A DNA stretch of 64,000 nucleotides from Macrostomum lignano (Eukaryota): positions 310,001-374,000 of the forward strand of contig NIVC01000445.1 of NCBI GenBank assembly GCA_002269645.1. Reading direction: 5' to 3'. The notes beneath the pieces are model-generated. The model ran no database searches and was not told the origin of the DNA. It saw only the letters and a program-made list of their open reading frames with translations. The position numbers and the translations under genes are program-made. Shown piece after piece: positions 1 to 31,100 of the stretch (its first letter is position 1; every line of letters begins with the position of its first letter).

Positions 1-17798
<17,798 letters not shown>

Positions 17799-18129
17799 GC
17801 CGTATCAGGTGACAACTGGCGCAGTTTTGGCCTGTTTGCTTTATTTAATCGTCCGATCCAAGCGAAAGTCGCTCTCTGATCGACGGGTTCATCTTTGCTG
17901 ATTTGGGCAGTTGCTCTTCGGTGGCAGCGAATCATCTGAGTTGCGCACAGCGGCAGCCAAGTTGTCTTCATCAACTGTTGAAGCGAATAATGTAACTACA
18001 ACCGTCTGCAGCTCTGATTGGCTGGTGGAGATCCTGGCCAATAGGCGATGGACTAAGTGGGGGCTATGTAGGAATTATACAATTAACATTGATGCTGCTT
18101 TAATTAGGCTGTAAACGCGAATTTTCATT

Positions 18130-19835
18130 TGGGAGTTCGGTCACGGAGCTACAGGGGTTCGGTCACGGAGCTACAGGGGTTCGGTCACGGAGCTACAGGG
18201 GTTCGGTCACGGAGCTACAGGGGTTCGGTCACGGAGCTACAGGGGTTCGGTCACGGAGCTACAGGGGTTTGGTCACGGAGCTACAGGGGTTCGGTCACGG
18301 AGCTACAGGGGTTCGGTCACGGAGCTACAGGGGTTCGGTCACGGAGCTACAGGGGTTCGGTCACGGAGCTACAGGGGTTCGGTCACGGAGCTACAGGGGT
18401 TCGGTCACGGAGCTACAGGGGTTCGGTCACGGAGCTACAGGAGTTCGGTCACGGAGCTACAGGGGTTCGGTCACGGAGCTACAGGGGTTCGGTCACGGAG
18501 CTACAGGAGTTCGGTCACGGAGCTACAGGGGTTCGGTCACGGAGCTACAGGGGTTCGGTCACGGAGCTACAGGGGTTCGGTCACGGAGCTACAGGAGTTC
18601 GGTCACGGAGCTACAGGAGTTCGGTCACGGAGCTACAGGAGTTCGGTCACGGAGCTACAGGGGTTCGGTCACGGAGCTACAGGAGTTCGGTCACGGAGCT
18701 ACAGGGGTTCGGTCACGGAGCTACAGGGGTTCGGTCACGGAGCTACAGGAGTTCGGTCACGGAGCTACAGGGGTTCGGTCACGGAGCTACAGGGGTTCGG
18801 TCACGGAGCTACAGGGGTTCGGTCACGGAGCTACAGGGGTTCGGTCACGGAGCTACAGGGGTTCGGTCACGGAGCTACAGGGGTTCGGTCACGGAGCTAC
18901 AGAGGTTCGGTCACGGAGCTACAGGGGTTCGGTCACGGAGCTACAGGGGTTCGGTCACAGAGCTACAGGGGTTCGGTCACGGAGCTACAGGGGTTCGGTC
19001 ACGGAGCTACAGGGGTTCGGTCACGGAGCTACAGGGGTTCGGTCACGGAGCTACAGGGGTTCGGTCACGGAGCTACAGGAGTTCGGTCACGGAGCTACAG
19101 AGGTTCGGTCACGGAGCTACAGGGGTTCGGTCACGGAGCTACAGGGGTTCGGTCACGGAGCTACAGGGGTTCGGTCACGGAGCTACAGGGGTTCGGTCAC
19201 GGAGCTACAGGGGTTCGGTCACGGAGCTACAGGGGTTCGGTCACGGAGCTACAGGGGTTCGGTCACGGAGCTACAGGGGTTCGGTCACGGAGCTACAGGG
19301 GTTCGGTCACGGAGCTACAGGGGTTCGGTCACGGAGCTACAGGGGTTCGGTCACGGAGCTACAGGGGTTCGGTCACGGAGCTACAGGGGTTCGGTCACGG
19401 AGCTACAGGGGTTCGGTCACGGAGCTACAGGAGTTCGGTCACGGAGCTACAGGGGTTCGGTCACGGAGCTACAGGGGTTCGGTCACGGAGCTACAGGGGT
19501 TCGGTCACGGAGCTACAGGGGTTCGGTCACGGAGCTACAGGGGTTCTGTCACGGAGCTACAGGAGTTCGGTCACGGAGCTACAGGGGTTCGGTCACGGAG
19601 CTACAGGAGTTCGGTCACGGAGCTACAGGGGTTCGGTCACGGAGCTACAGGAGTTCGGTCACGGAGCTACAGGGGTTCGGTCACGGAGCTACAGGAGTTC
19701 GGTCACGGAGCTACAGGGGTTCGGTCACGGAGCTACAGGAGTTCGGTCACGGAGCTACAGGGGTTCGGTCACGGAGCTACAGGGGTTCGGTCACGGAGCT
19801 ACAGGAGTTCGGTCACGGAGCTACAGGGGTTCGGT
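18130..19835. repeat. 22-bp CpG-containing minisatellite (GTTCGGTCACGGAGCTACAGGG)n, ~77 copies
   Basis: Highly homogeneous tandem array; source of the 588 and 522 aa artefact ORFs. Confidence 0.97.
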
Positions 19836-21101
19836 AACAGGGCGTGCGGTAGGTTAATGGTTCAGCGAGGTGAATTAGGGGGCTCAGTGAGGTGAATTAG
19901 GGGGCTTGGTGAGGTGAATTAGGAGGCTCGGTTGAGTGAATTAGTGTTGGGGCACTGTGCGGTGTGTTAGAGTGTGATGTCCTCTTAAATTTCTTGCAGA
20001 AATTCCAAAAACCGAATTAGCATTTTACTGTTACACTTATGGTTCATGCTAGTTCAATAAGTGGCCTTAAATTAATCAAACGTTTTTTGTGAATATTAAA
20101 GGATCTTTAAAGCTAATATAAAATGTAATTTAATAAGATAAGATGCGTAAAGCTGAGCATTTCACAAGTGGGCGAAGGCAATTCATTTCCGTTAATTCTC
20201 TTGTAAAAGACGACAGGAAACGGCTTGATAGCCAGAGCTCCATCGCTTAATTAAAAGCCGACAAAAGTGACAAAAGAAAAATAAATAAGTCTGCTCGCGA
20301 AAGACCGGCCGACCCCCCTGCGTTTTAACGCTTTAATTTCCTGTCAAAGAGTTCATGAGACCGGCCTGACTGAGGCTACAGCGAGAGGTGAGTCAGAAAT
20401 CTCTCTTTTCCAAGGCTTTTTATTTGCATTTTCTGCTGCTCTGTAATTTCCAGAACTGAAGCTGCTTTGATCCATTGGATCACCCTAGATGTAATTCTTC
20501 GAAACCCCTGCTTTCTTGCTCTGCCTCTTTTTCTGTCTTTTACTCGTTTTGAACTCGACCGTTCGTTTCAAAATTCCAGCTTTTACTACAGATTAGCGAC
20601 CTAGGTCCTAGACTCGAATCCTCGGATCAGACTCTTTCTCGTTGGTTGCATGCTGCCTCTGCTGCCACGAGAGAGTCAGGGCCGCATTGTCACCTACACT
20701 AGGATGTACACACACTCTGTACACTTTCACCTTTGGCGTCAAAAGCGGCGTTATAGTCACACAAGCTACTCAACAAATTGTTGGCTTTTTATTCGCATTT
20801 CTACTTTAAGTAGCAAGTTGGTAATTTTTCATTGTAATTATTCCAATGCTTTATTAGATATGGCTTTTGGTAGAAACTTTTTTGTTCGTTAATGAGATTG
20901 CCCGTGTCAATATTATTATGTCAATGTTATTCTATAGGTTCATTGTGCGAAATGACTTGTATAGGTCTTTACTCTTGTATACTTCCATTCGTTGCCTCCA
21001 TCGTCATCCGTTACAGTGGACGACAACACTACAGGATTCGCACACGCCTGTCTAATTATCTGTCGGGCTAATCAACCTTGATTTTAGTTAATATACGAAG
21101 T

Positions 21102-21150
21102 CAGAGGTCTGCCAACTCCGGCCCGCGAAGCCTCTCTATCCGGCCCTCGG
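21102..21150 (+). mobile_element. Isolated hAT (Charlie-like) terminus
   Basis: CAGAGGTCTGCCAACTCCGGCCCGCGAAGCC...TCCGGCCC resembles the common hAT end CAGGGGTC..CAA..CGGCCCGCG...ATCCGGCCC; no matching second terminus found. Confidence 0.45.
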
Positions 21151-21209
21151 GGCATTTGAAACTTCATAATAGCAATCCAACTCGCTCAGGGCTTGTTTCT
21201 CTTCCCAGC

Positions 21210-21780
21210 TCCCTTCTCTCTAATCTCCTCTCTTCTCCTCTCTTCTCGTCTCTTCTCGTTTCTCTCCTCTCTCCTCTCTTATTACTTCTCTCCTCTCCTC
21301 TCCTCTCCTCTCCTCTCCTCTCCTCTCCTCTCCTCTCCTCTCCTCTCCTCTCCTCTCCTCTCCTCTCCTCTCCTCTCCTCTCCTCTCCTCTCCTCTCCTC
21401 TCCTCTCCTCTCCTCTCCTCTCCTCTCCTCTTCTCTCTTTTCCTCTCCTCTCTTCGATCTCCTCTCCTCTTCTCTCTTTTCCTCTCATCTCCTGTCCTCT
21501 CCTCTCCTCTCCTCTCCTCTCCTCTTCTCTTCTCTCCTCTCCTCTTCTCTCTTTTCCTCTCCTCTCTTCGATCTCCTCTCCTCTTCTCTCTTTTCCTCTC
21601 ATCTCCTGTCCTCTCCTCTCCTCTCCTCTCCTCTCCTCTCCTCTCTCCTCTCTCCTCTTGTTCTCTTTGCTCCTGTCTCCTCATTTCTTCTTCTCCTTTA
21701 TTTCCTCGCCGTCGTCTCCTTTCTCCTACCTCTCTTCTCTCTTTTCTCTTCTCTCTTCCCTCTCCTTTCTCGCCCCTTCT
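21210..21780. repeat. (CTCTC)n / polypyrimidine low-complexity tract
   Basis: Pentanucleotide run with degenerate flanks. Confidence 0.93.
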
Positions 21781-21995
21781 CTGGCCCGCAGTCATACGCT
21801 ATAGGTCTTACCAAGAAACTTCTTACCAACCAATCAGAGCGCTGTTTCACCCACCGCGCCTGCGCATTGATATAAATTTATTCAGTATTTCGCTGCCAAG
21901 CTATGCCGATCCCCAATCCTTGGCGATCTGGTTGCCTTTTTGGTAGGATATTTTTCCTAGAAAAGACGCGCAAACTGCCGGGCGCACGGTTTCGA

Positions 21996-23384
21996 ATGCT
22001 ACGCGGCGCCGGCTTCGGCGGCGGCGTCGCCAGCGGAGGCGGCAGCGGCGGCGGGGGTGGTGGCGGCGGTGGCGGCGGTGGCGGCGGTGGCGGCGGAGGC
22101 GGCGGTGGCGGCGGCAGCGGCGACTCTTCTGAGCCGCAGGACATCCGCATCGTGGTGCTGGGAGCCAGAGGCGTTGGCAAGACCAGCCTGGTGCAGCAGT
22201 TCGTCCACTGCGCCTGCCCGGACACGTACACCCGAACCCGCCGGCCCGTGGTGCACCGGCCCTGCATCACCGTCAACGATCGCACCTACGAAGCTCGTCT
22301 AGTCGATTGTCCTCCGCTGCGCTACTTCCCAGCCAACTCGCTGCAGGAATTTTCTGACTTTCGCGGCTACGGACTGCGCTCGGCGTCGGGCTACGCGCTG
22401 GTCTACGACCTCTGCGACGAGGCCTCGTTTGGCTACGTGAAGCGAATTCGAGAACAGCTGCAGGAGCAGGTCAGTGAGTCAGTGAGTCAATAAGTGTGTC
22501 AGTTGGTGTGTCAGTGAGTCAGTGAGTGTGTCAGTTGGTGTGTCAGTTAGTTAGTGAGTCAGTGAGTGTATCAGTTAGTGTGTCAGTTGATGTGTCAGTT
22601 GGTGTGTCGGTGATTCAGTGAGTCATTGAGTGTGTCAGTTGGTGTGTCAGTGGTTCAGTGAGTCAGTGGAATGTGTCAGTTAGTGTTTCAGTGTTTCAGT
22701 GTGTCAGCAAGTGTGTCAATGAGTCAGTGAGTGTGTCAGTTGGTGTGTCAGTGATTCAGTGAGTCAGTGAGTATTTCAGTTGGTGTGTCAGTTAGTGTGT
22801 CAGTGATTCAGTGAGTCAGTGGAACGTGTCAGTTAGTGTGTCAGTGATTCAGTGAGTCAGTGTAATGTGTCAGTGAGTGTGTCAGTGATTTAGTGAGTCA
22901 GTGAGTGTGTCAGTGATTCAGCGAGTCAGTGAGTGTGTTAGTGACTGAGTCGGTGTGTTAATATGCCAGTCAGTGATTCAGTCAGCCAGTCACCCGACAA
23001 CTCACGCCATTCCAGGGCATAGACGCGCCAGTCCTGGTTGTAGCTAACAAAGCCGACCTGTTGAATTCCGGAAACTCGACCGGAAATGGCAACGGAACCG
23101 GGAACGGTGCGGGAAATGACGTCATCGGCGGAAGGGAAAAAGACTTTGCGGAGGCCCTGACAGGCAAGGACAAGGCGAGCAAGGAGGCCAGGAGGGAAGC
23201 TGGCAACCTGGTGCGGAAGCAGTGGAAGTGCCTGTACGTGGAGTGCTCGGCCAAGTACAACTGGCACGTGAGCGCCGCCTTTAGGGAGCTGTTGAAGGCC
23301 ATCGACCACAAGGACTTCGGGCACAAGCCGACCTCAGCCAGGGTGCAAGAGGCGTTCCGTAGAAATCAGTGCTCTGTGATGTGA
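21996..23384 (+). CDS. RASL10: Ras-like protein family member 10 (RASL10A/B-like) small GTPase. Exons 21996-22469 (alternative in-frame ATG at 21903) and 23016-23384; ~280 aa
   Basis: G1 VLGARGVGKT; G3 replaced by DCPP (RASL10 has DFPP); FPANSLQEF ~ FPVNTLQEW; LVYDLCDEASFGYVKRIREQL; VVANKADL; LVRKQWKCLYVECSAKYNWHV; C-terminal RRNQCSVM CaaX. Phase-0 GT-AG intron 22470-23015. Confidence 0.93.
22470..22985. repeat. Degenerate (GTCAGTGA/GTGT) repeat filling the RASL10 intron
   Basis: Low-complexity TCAGT-based repeats running from the donor almost to the acceptor. Confidence 0.85.
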
Positions 23385-23404
23385 ATGCGCTCACATCAGT
23401 GAAT

Positions 23405-23520
23405 GACTGGCTAACTGTTGGCTACTGACTAGCTAACTGTTGGCTACTGACTAGCTAATTGTTGGCTACTGACTAGCTAATTGTTGGCTACTGACTAGCT
23501 AATTGTTAGCTACTGACTAA
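23405..23520. repeat. 22-bp repeat (GGCTACTGACTAGCTAATTGTT), ~5 copies, in the RASL10 3' region
   Basis: Tandem copies just after the stop codon. Confidence 0.85.
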
Positions 23521-23940
23521 GCTTGGGAATTCAAAATCGCGCCAAATCTGATTTGTTTATCTTATCTTACGCAGGCTGAGAATGGACCAACTATCACCCA
23601 TATTACTGTTATTGCGCTGTACAAAACTGAGGTTTTTTAATCGATATCTTACTGACGATTCTAGCATCCGTGAGATGAACCATTTATTACTCATTCTTCA
23701 ATCGAATCTCATGGTGTTATTGCACTTGTAGCCATATTTTGGCTTGCAAATTGGGTTTGCATGCATTGGAAGCCGCATCTTACACTCATTGACGACTCTA
23801 TAGTATATGGTAGTGTTGTCACACCTAATTAATGGACGAATTTTCTCATCCTATCGACTCATTTTCGATTCAATAAGCTGGCAACTCAATACACACGCTC
23901 GCTTTTGCACTGCTTCATTAGTACAGTGCGGCATTTCTAT

Positions 23941-25123
<1,183 letters not shown>

Positions 25124-25131
25124 CTCTTACG

Positions 25132-28100
25132 ACTGTCTGTGTGTTTAGCGGGACCTGAGTTATGTTAATGCGTTACGTGGACCACGCAATTCCGGTTAAA
25201 AAATAGAGTCTGTTTTGACAACGCGAAAGGCTAGCTAGGGTTATCTTTTTGTTAACTTGACGGAATAGCCAGTTCGTGGAAACTGTGGTGGTTCACTAAC
25301 TACGTTTTGGGGACCGGGTTAGGTGGACCGCAAAAAAACAGTTGGTTTAGTTAGACCTCTTTCGTTGTAGAAAATTTATTGCTTTAAACTGTTCTTTTGA
25401 ACTAATTAAAACAGAAATTCTCAAAAAGAACAGATAAAAGGGTTACGACGTCATTTAATGAAAATATCCCAAGTTCAAACCAATTTATTTAGCATTATTA
25501 ATCGGGTTAATCGGGTTAAACAAATGTACGATCGCATTAGTTAGTTGCGTCGCGTGAATACAAGAAGGTGAATGAAAATAAAGCATTTTAAAAATAAATA
25601 CCGAATCATATCAAATACTAACTGTAAACTCATTAAAACTAATTTAGGTCAAAATGTATGCTTCAAATACATGTAAACAAACGTAAGATTCCATTAGTTA
25701 ATAAAGGTCATCCGAGTACGAGCCTACAAGAAGTTGAAGGGCATTTTTAATAACGACAAAAGTTACTAAAACTGAAATTAAATTTATTTGACTACATCAG
25801 TCCTATTATACTGAATGAGTTGGTGAGCAATCATATGCTAAGCCAATCATTTTACCGACTTTCATCTTTTCGTTCACGCAGATGATGGCTTAATCTTCTT
25901 ATTTTTTCTACGAAATATTCTCCTGGACCTTCCCTGCCTCCGTGGTCCGGGACCGCTTCTGTTATTGATCTGTCATTGCCTCTCTCACGAAGTTCAGCTT
26001 ACTCAGCCATCGAATCCGCTTTCGTCAGCTCAGCTCTATGATGAACCTTTCTATATTTCTCGTCAATTAGTGGTTTGAATCTTCTTTTAAAGTTCGTTTT
26101 AACCTTCATCTCGGTGAAACGCAGTCAGTCTCGTCGAGATCAGGCGAACAAAATCAACCACAGGCTCCTACAAAGGTAGAAAATAAAATTAACTGACAAT
26201 CAAACAGACACAGAAATCTGTTCCAGTTGTGTCTGTAGGTTATGTGGACCACCTGAGAGCCAGAGCCTCAAACAGACAGAGAAATCTGTTCGAGTTGTGT
26301 CTGTAGGTTAGATGGACCAGCTATTCTACAGCACTTCTAGGCGATAATCTGAGCCAGGAATCTCCAAGAGCCTCTCGTTACACATCCAGATGTTCTGCCT
26401 TGATGCTGGACTAGCTCACTTTCTAGGAATCTGTTCTGATTGCATTCTAACAAACTGAAGCATTCTCGGCACTAAACTTTCTCGGCGGCTCTAAGAGCCA
26501 GAGCCTAAACAGACAGAGAAATCTGCTCGAGTTGTGTCTGTAGGTTAGGTGGACCACCTTCTGAGAAACAAAGCCTCAAACAGACTGAGAGAGCTGCTTC
26601 AGTTCTGTCTGTAGGTTATGTGGACCATTTAAGAGCCAGAGCCTCAAACAGACAGAGAAATCTGTTCGAGTTGTGTCTGTAGGTTAGGTGGACCAGCTAT
26701 TCTACAGCACTTCTAGACGATAATCCGAGCCAGGAATCTCCGAGAGCCTCTCGTTACACATCCAGATGTTCTGCCTTGATGCTGGACTAGCTCACTTTCT
26801 AGGAATCTGTTCTGATTGCATTCTAACAAACTGAAGCATTTTCTGCACTAAACTTTCTCGGTGGCTCTAAGAGCCAGAGCCTAAACAGACAGAGAAATCT
26901 GCTCGAGTTGTGTCTGTAGGTTAGGTGGACCACCTTCTGAGAGACAAAGCCTCAAACAGACTGAGAGAGCTGCTTCAGTTCTGTCTGTAGGTTATGTGGA
27001 CCATTTAAGAGCCAGAGCCTCAAACAGACAGAGAAATCTGTTCGAGTTGTGTCTGTATGTTAGGTGGACCAGCTATTCTACAGCACTTCTAGGCGATAAT
27101 CTGAGCCAGGAATCTCCGAGAGCCTCTCGTTACACATCCAGATGTTCTGCCTTGATGCTGGACTAGCTCACTTTCTAGGAATCTGTTCTGATTGCATTCT
27201 AACAAACTGAAGCATTCTCGGCACTAAACTTTCTCAGCGGCTCTGAGAGCCAGAGCCTCAAACAGACAGAGAAATCTGTTCGAGTTGTGTCTGTAGGTTA
27301 GGTGGACCAGCTACTCCACAGCACTTCTAGGCGATAATCTAAGCCAGGAATCTCCGAGAGCCTCTCGTTACACATCCAGATGTTCTGCCTTGATGCTGGA
27401 CTAGCTCACTTTCTAGGAATCTGTTCTGATTGCATTCTAACAAACTGAAGCATTCTCGGCACTAAACTTTCTCAGCGGCTCTGAGATCCAGAGCCTCAAA
27501 CAGACAGAAATCTGTTCGAGTTGTGTCTGTAGGTTAGATGGACCAGCTATTCTACAGCACTTCTAGGCGATAATCTGAGCCAGGAATCTCCAAGAGCCTC
27601 TCGTTACACATCCAGATGTTCTGCCTTGATGCTGGACTAGCTCACTTTCTAGGAATCTGTTCTGATTGCATTCTAACAAACTGAAGCATTCTCGGCACTA
27701 AACTTTCTCGGCGGCTCTGAGAGACAGAGCCTCAAACAGACAGAGAAATCTGTTCGAGTTGTTTCTGTAGGTTAGGTGGACCAGCTACTCCACAGCACTT
27801 CTAGGCGATAATCTGAGCCAGGAATCTCCGAGAGCCTTTCGTTACACATCCAGATGTTCTGCCTTGATGCTGGACTAGCTCACTTTCTAGGAATCTGTTC
27901 TGATTGCATTGTAACAAACTGAAGCATTTTCTGCACTAAACTTTCTCGGCGGCTCTAAGAGCCAGAGCCTAAACAGACAGAGAAATCTGCTCGAGTTGTG
28001 TCTGTAGGTTAGGTGGACCACCTTCTGAGAGACAAAGCCTCAAACAGACTGAGAGAGCTGCTTCAGTTCTGTCTGTAGGTTATGTGGACCATTTAAGAGC

Positions 28101-31100
28101 CAGAGCCTCAAACAGACAGAGAAATCTGTTCGAGTTGTGTCTGTAGGTTAGGTGGACCAGCTATTCTACAGCACTTCTAGGCGATAATCTGAGCCAGGAA
28201 TCTCCGAGAGCCTCTCGTTACACATCCAGATGTTCTGCCTTGATGCTGGACTAGCTCACTTTCTAGGAATCTGTTCTGATTGCATTCTAACAAACTGAAG
28301 CATTCTCGGCACTAAACTTTCTCGGCGGCTCTGAGAGCCAGAGCCTAAACAGACAGAGAAATCTGCTCGAGTTGTGTCTGTAGGTTAGGTGGACCAGCTA
28401 CTCCACAGCACTTCTAGGCGATAATCTGAGCCAGGAATCTCCGAGAGCCTCTCGTTACACATCCAGATGTTCTGCCTTGATGCTGGACTAGCTCACTTTC
28501 TAGGAATCTGTTCTGATTGCATTCTAACAAACTGAAGCATTCTCGGCACTAAACTTTCTCGGCGGCTCTGAGAGCCAGAGCCTTAAACAGACAGAAATCT
28601 GTTCGAGTTGTGTCTGTAGGTTAGATGGACCAGCTATTCTACAGCACTTCTAGGCGATAATCTGAGCCAGGAATCTCCGAGAGCCTCTCGTTACACATCC
28701 AGATGTTCTGCCTTGATGCTGGACTAGCTCACTTTCTAGGAATCTGTTCTGATTGCATTCTAACAAACTGAAGCATTCTCGGCACTAAACTTTCTCGGCG
28801 GCTCTGAGAGCCAGAGCCTCAAACAGACAGAGAAATCTGTTCGAGTTGTGTCTGTAGGTTAGGTGGACCAGCTATTCTACAGCACTTCTAGGCGATAATC
28901 TGAGCCAGGAATCTCCGAGAGCCTCTCGTTACACATCCAGATGTTCTGCCTTGATGCTGGACTAGCTCACTTTCTAAGAATCTGTTCTGATTGCATTCTA
29001 ACAAACTGAAGCATTTTCTGCACTAAACTTTCTCGGCGGCTCTAAGAGCCAGAGCCTAAACAGACAGAGAAATCTGCTCGAGTTGTGTCTGTAGGTTAGG
29101 TGGACCACCTTCTGAGAGACAAAGCCTCAAACAGACTGAGAGAGCTGCTTCAGTTCTGTCTGTAGGTTATGTGGACCATTTAAGAGCCAGAGCCTCAAAC
29201 AGACAGAGAAATCTGTTCGAGTTGTGTCTGTAGGTTAGGTGGACCAGCTATTCTACAGCACTTCTAGGCGATAATCCGAGCCAGGAATCTCTAAGAGCCT
29301 CTCGTTACGCATCCAGATGTTCTGCCTTGATGCTGGACTAGCTCACTTTCTAGGAATCTGTTCTGATTGCATTCTAACAAACTGAAGCATTCTCGGCACT
29401 AAACTTTCTCGGCGGCTCTAAGAGCCAGAGCCTCAAACAGACAGAGAAATCTGTTCGAGTTGTGTCTGTAAGTTAGATGGACCAGCTATTCTACAGCACT
29501 TCTAGGCGATAATCTGAGCCAGGAATCTCCGAGAGCCTCTCGTTACACATCCAGATGTTCTGCCTTGATGCTGGACTAGCTCACATTCTAGGAATCTGTT
29601 CTGATTGCATTCTAACAAACTGAAGCATTCTCGGCAACAAAAAATTCTCAGCGGCTCTGAGAGCCAGAGCCTCAAACAGACAGAGAAATCTGTTCGAGTT
29701 GAGTCTGTAGGTTAGGTGGACCAGCTACTCCACAGCACTTCTAGGCGATAATCTGAGCCAGGAATCTCCGAGAGCCTCTCGTTACACATCCAGATGTTCT
29801 GCCTTGATGCTGGACTAGCTCACTTTCTAGGAATCTGTTCTGATTGCATTCTAACAAACTGAAGCATTCTCGGCACTAAACTTTCTCGGCGGCTCTGAGA
29901 GCCAGAGCCTCAAACAGACAGAGAAATCTGTTCGAGTTGTGTCTGTAGGTTAGGTGGACCAGCTACTCCACAGCACTTCTAGGCGATAATCTGAGCCAGG
30001 AATCTTCAAGAGACTTTCGTTACACATCCAGATGTTCTGCCTTGATGCTGGACTAGCTCACTTTCTAGGAATCTGTTCTGATTGCATTCTAACAAACTGA
30101 AGCATTCTCGGCACTAAATTTTCTCGGCGGTTCTGAGAGCCAGAGCTTCAAACAGACAGAGAAATCTGTTCGAGTTGTGTCTGTAGGTTAGGTGGACCAG
30201 CTATTCTACAGCACTTCTAGGCGATAATCCGAGCCAGGAATCTCCGAGAGCCTCTCGTTACACATCCAGATGTTCTGCCTTGATGCTGGACTAGCTCACT
30301 TTCTAAGAATCTGTTCTGATTGCATTCTAACAAACTGAAGCATTCTCGGCACTAAATTTTCTCGGCGGCTCTGAGAGCCAGAGCCTCAAACAGACAGAAA
30401 TCTGTTCGAGTTGTGTCTGTAGGTTAGGTGGACCAGCTATTCTACAGCACTTCTAGGCGATAATCCGAGCCAGGAATCTCCGAGAGCCTCTCGTTACACA
30501 TCCAGATGTTCTGCCTTGATGCTGGACTAGCTCACTTTCTAGGAATCTGTTCTGATTGCATTCTAACAAACTGAAGCATTTTCTGCACTAAACTTTCTCG
30601 GCGGCTCTGAGAGCCAGAGCCCTAAACAGACAGAGAAATCTGTTCGAGTTGTGTCTGTAGGTTAGGTGGACCACCTTCTGAGAGACAAAGCCTCAAACAG
30701 ACTGAGAGAGCTGCTTCAGTTCTGTCTGTAGGTTATGTGGACCACCTAATAGCCAGAGCTCTAAACAGACAGAGAAATCTGTTCGAGTTGTGTCTGTAGG
30801 TTAGGTGGACCAGCTATTCTATAGCACTTCTAGGCGATAATCTGAGCCAGGAATCTCCGAGAGCCTCTCGTTACACATCCAGATGTTCTGCCTTGATGCT
30901 GGACTAGCTCACTTTCTAGGAATATGTTCTGATTGCATTCTAACAAACTGAAGCATTCTCGGCACTAAACTTTCTCAGCGGCTCTGAGAGCCAGAGCCTC
31001 AAACAGACAGAGAAATCTGTTCGAGTTGTGTCTGTAGGTTAGGTGGACCAGCTTCTCTACAGCAATTGAGTTGCAGGCCTTGCAGCTAGCTACTTTGAGA

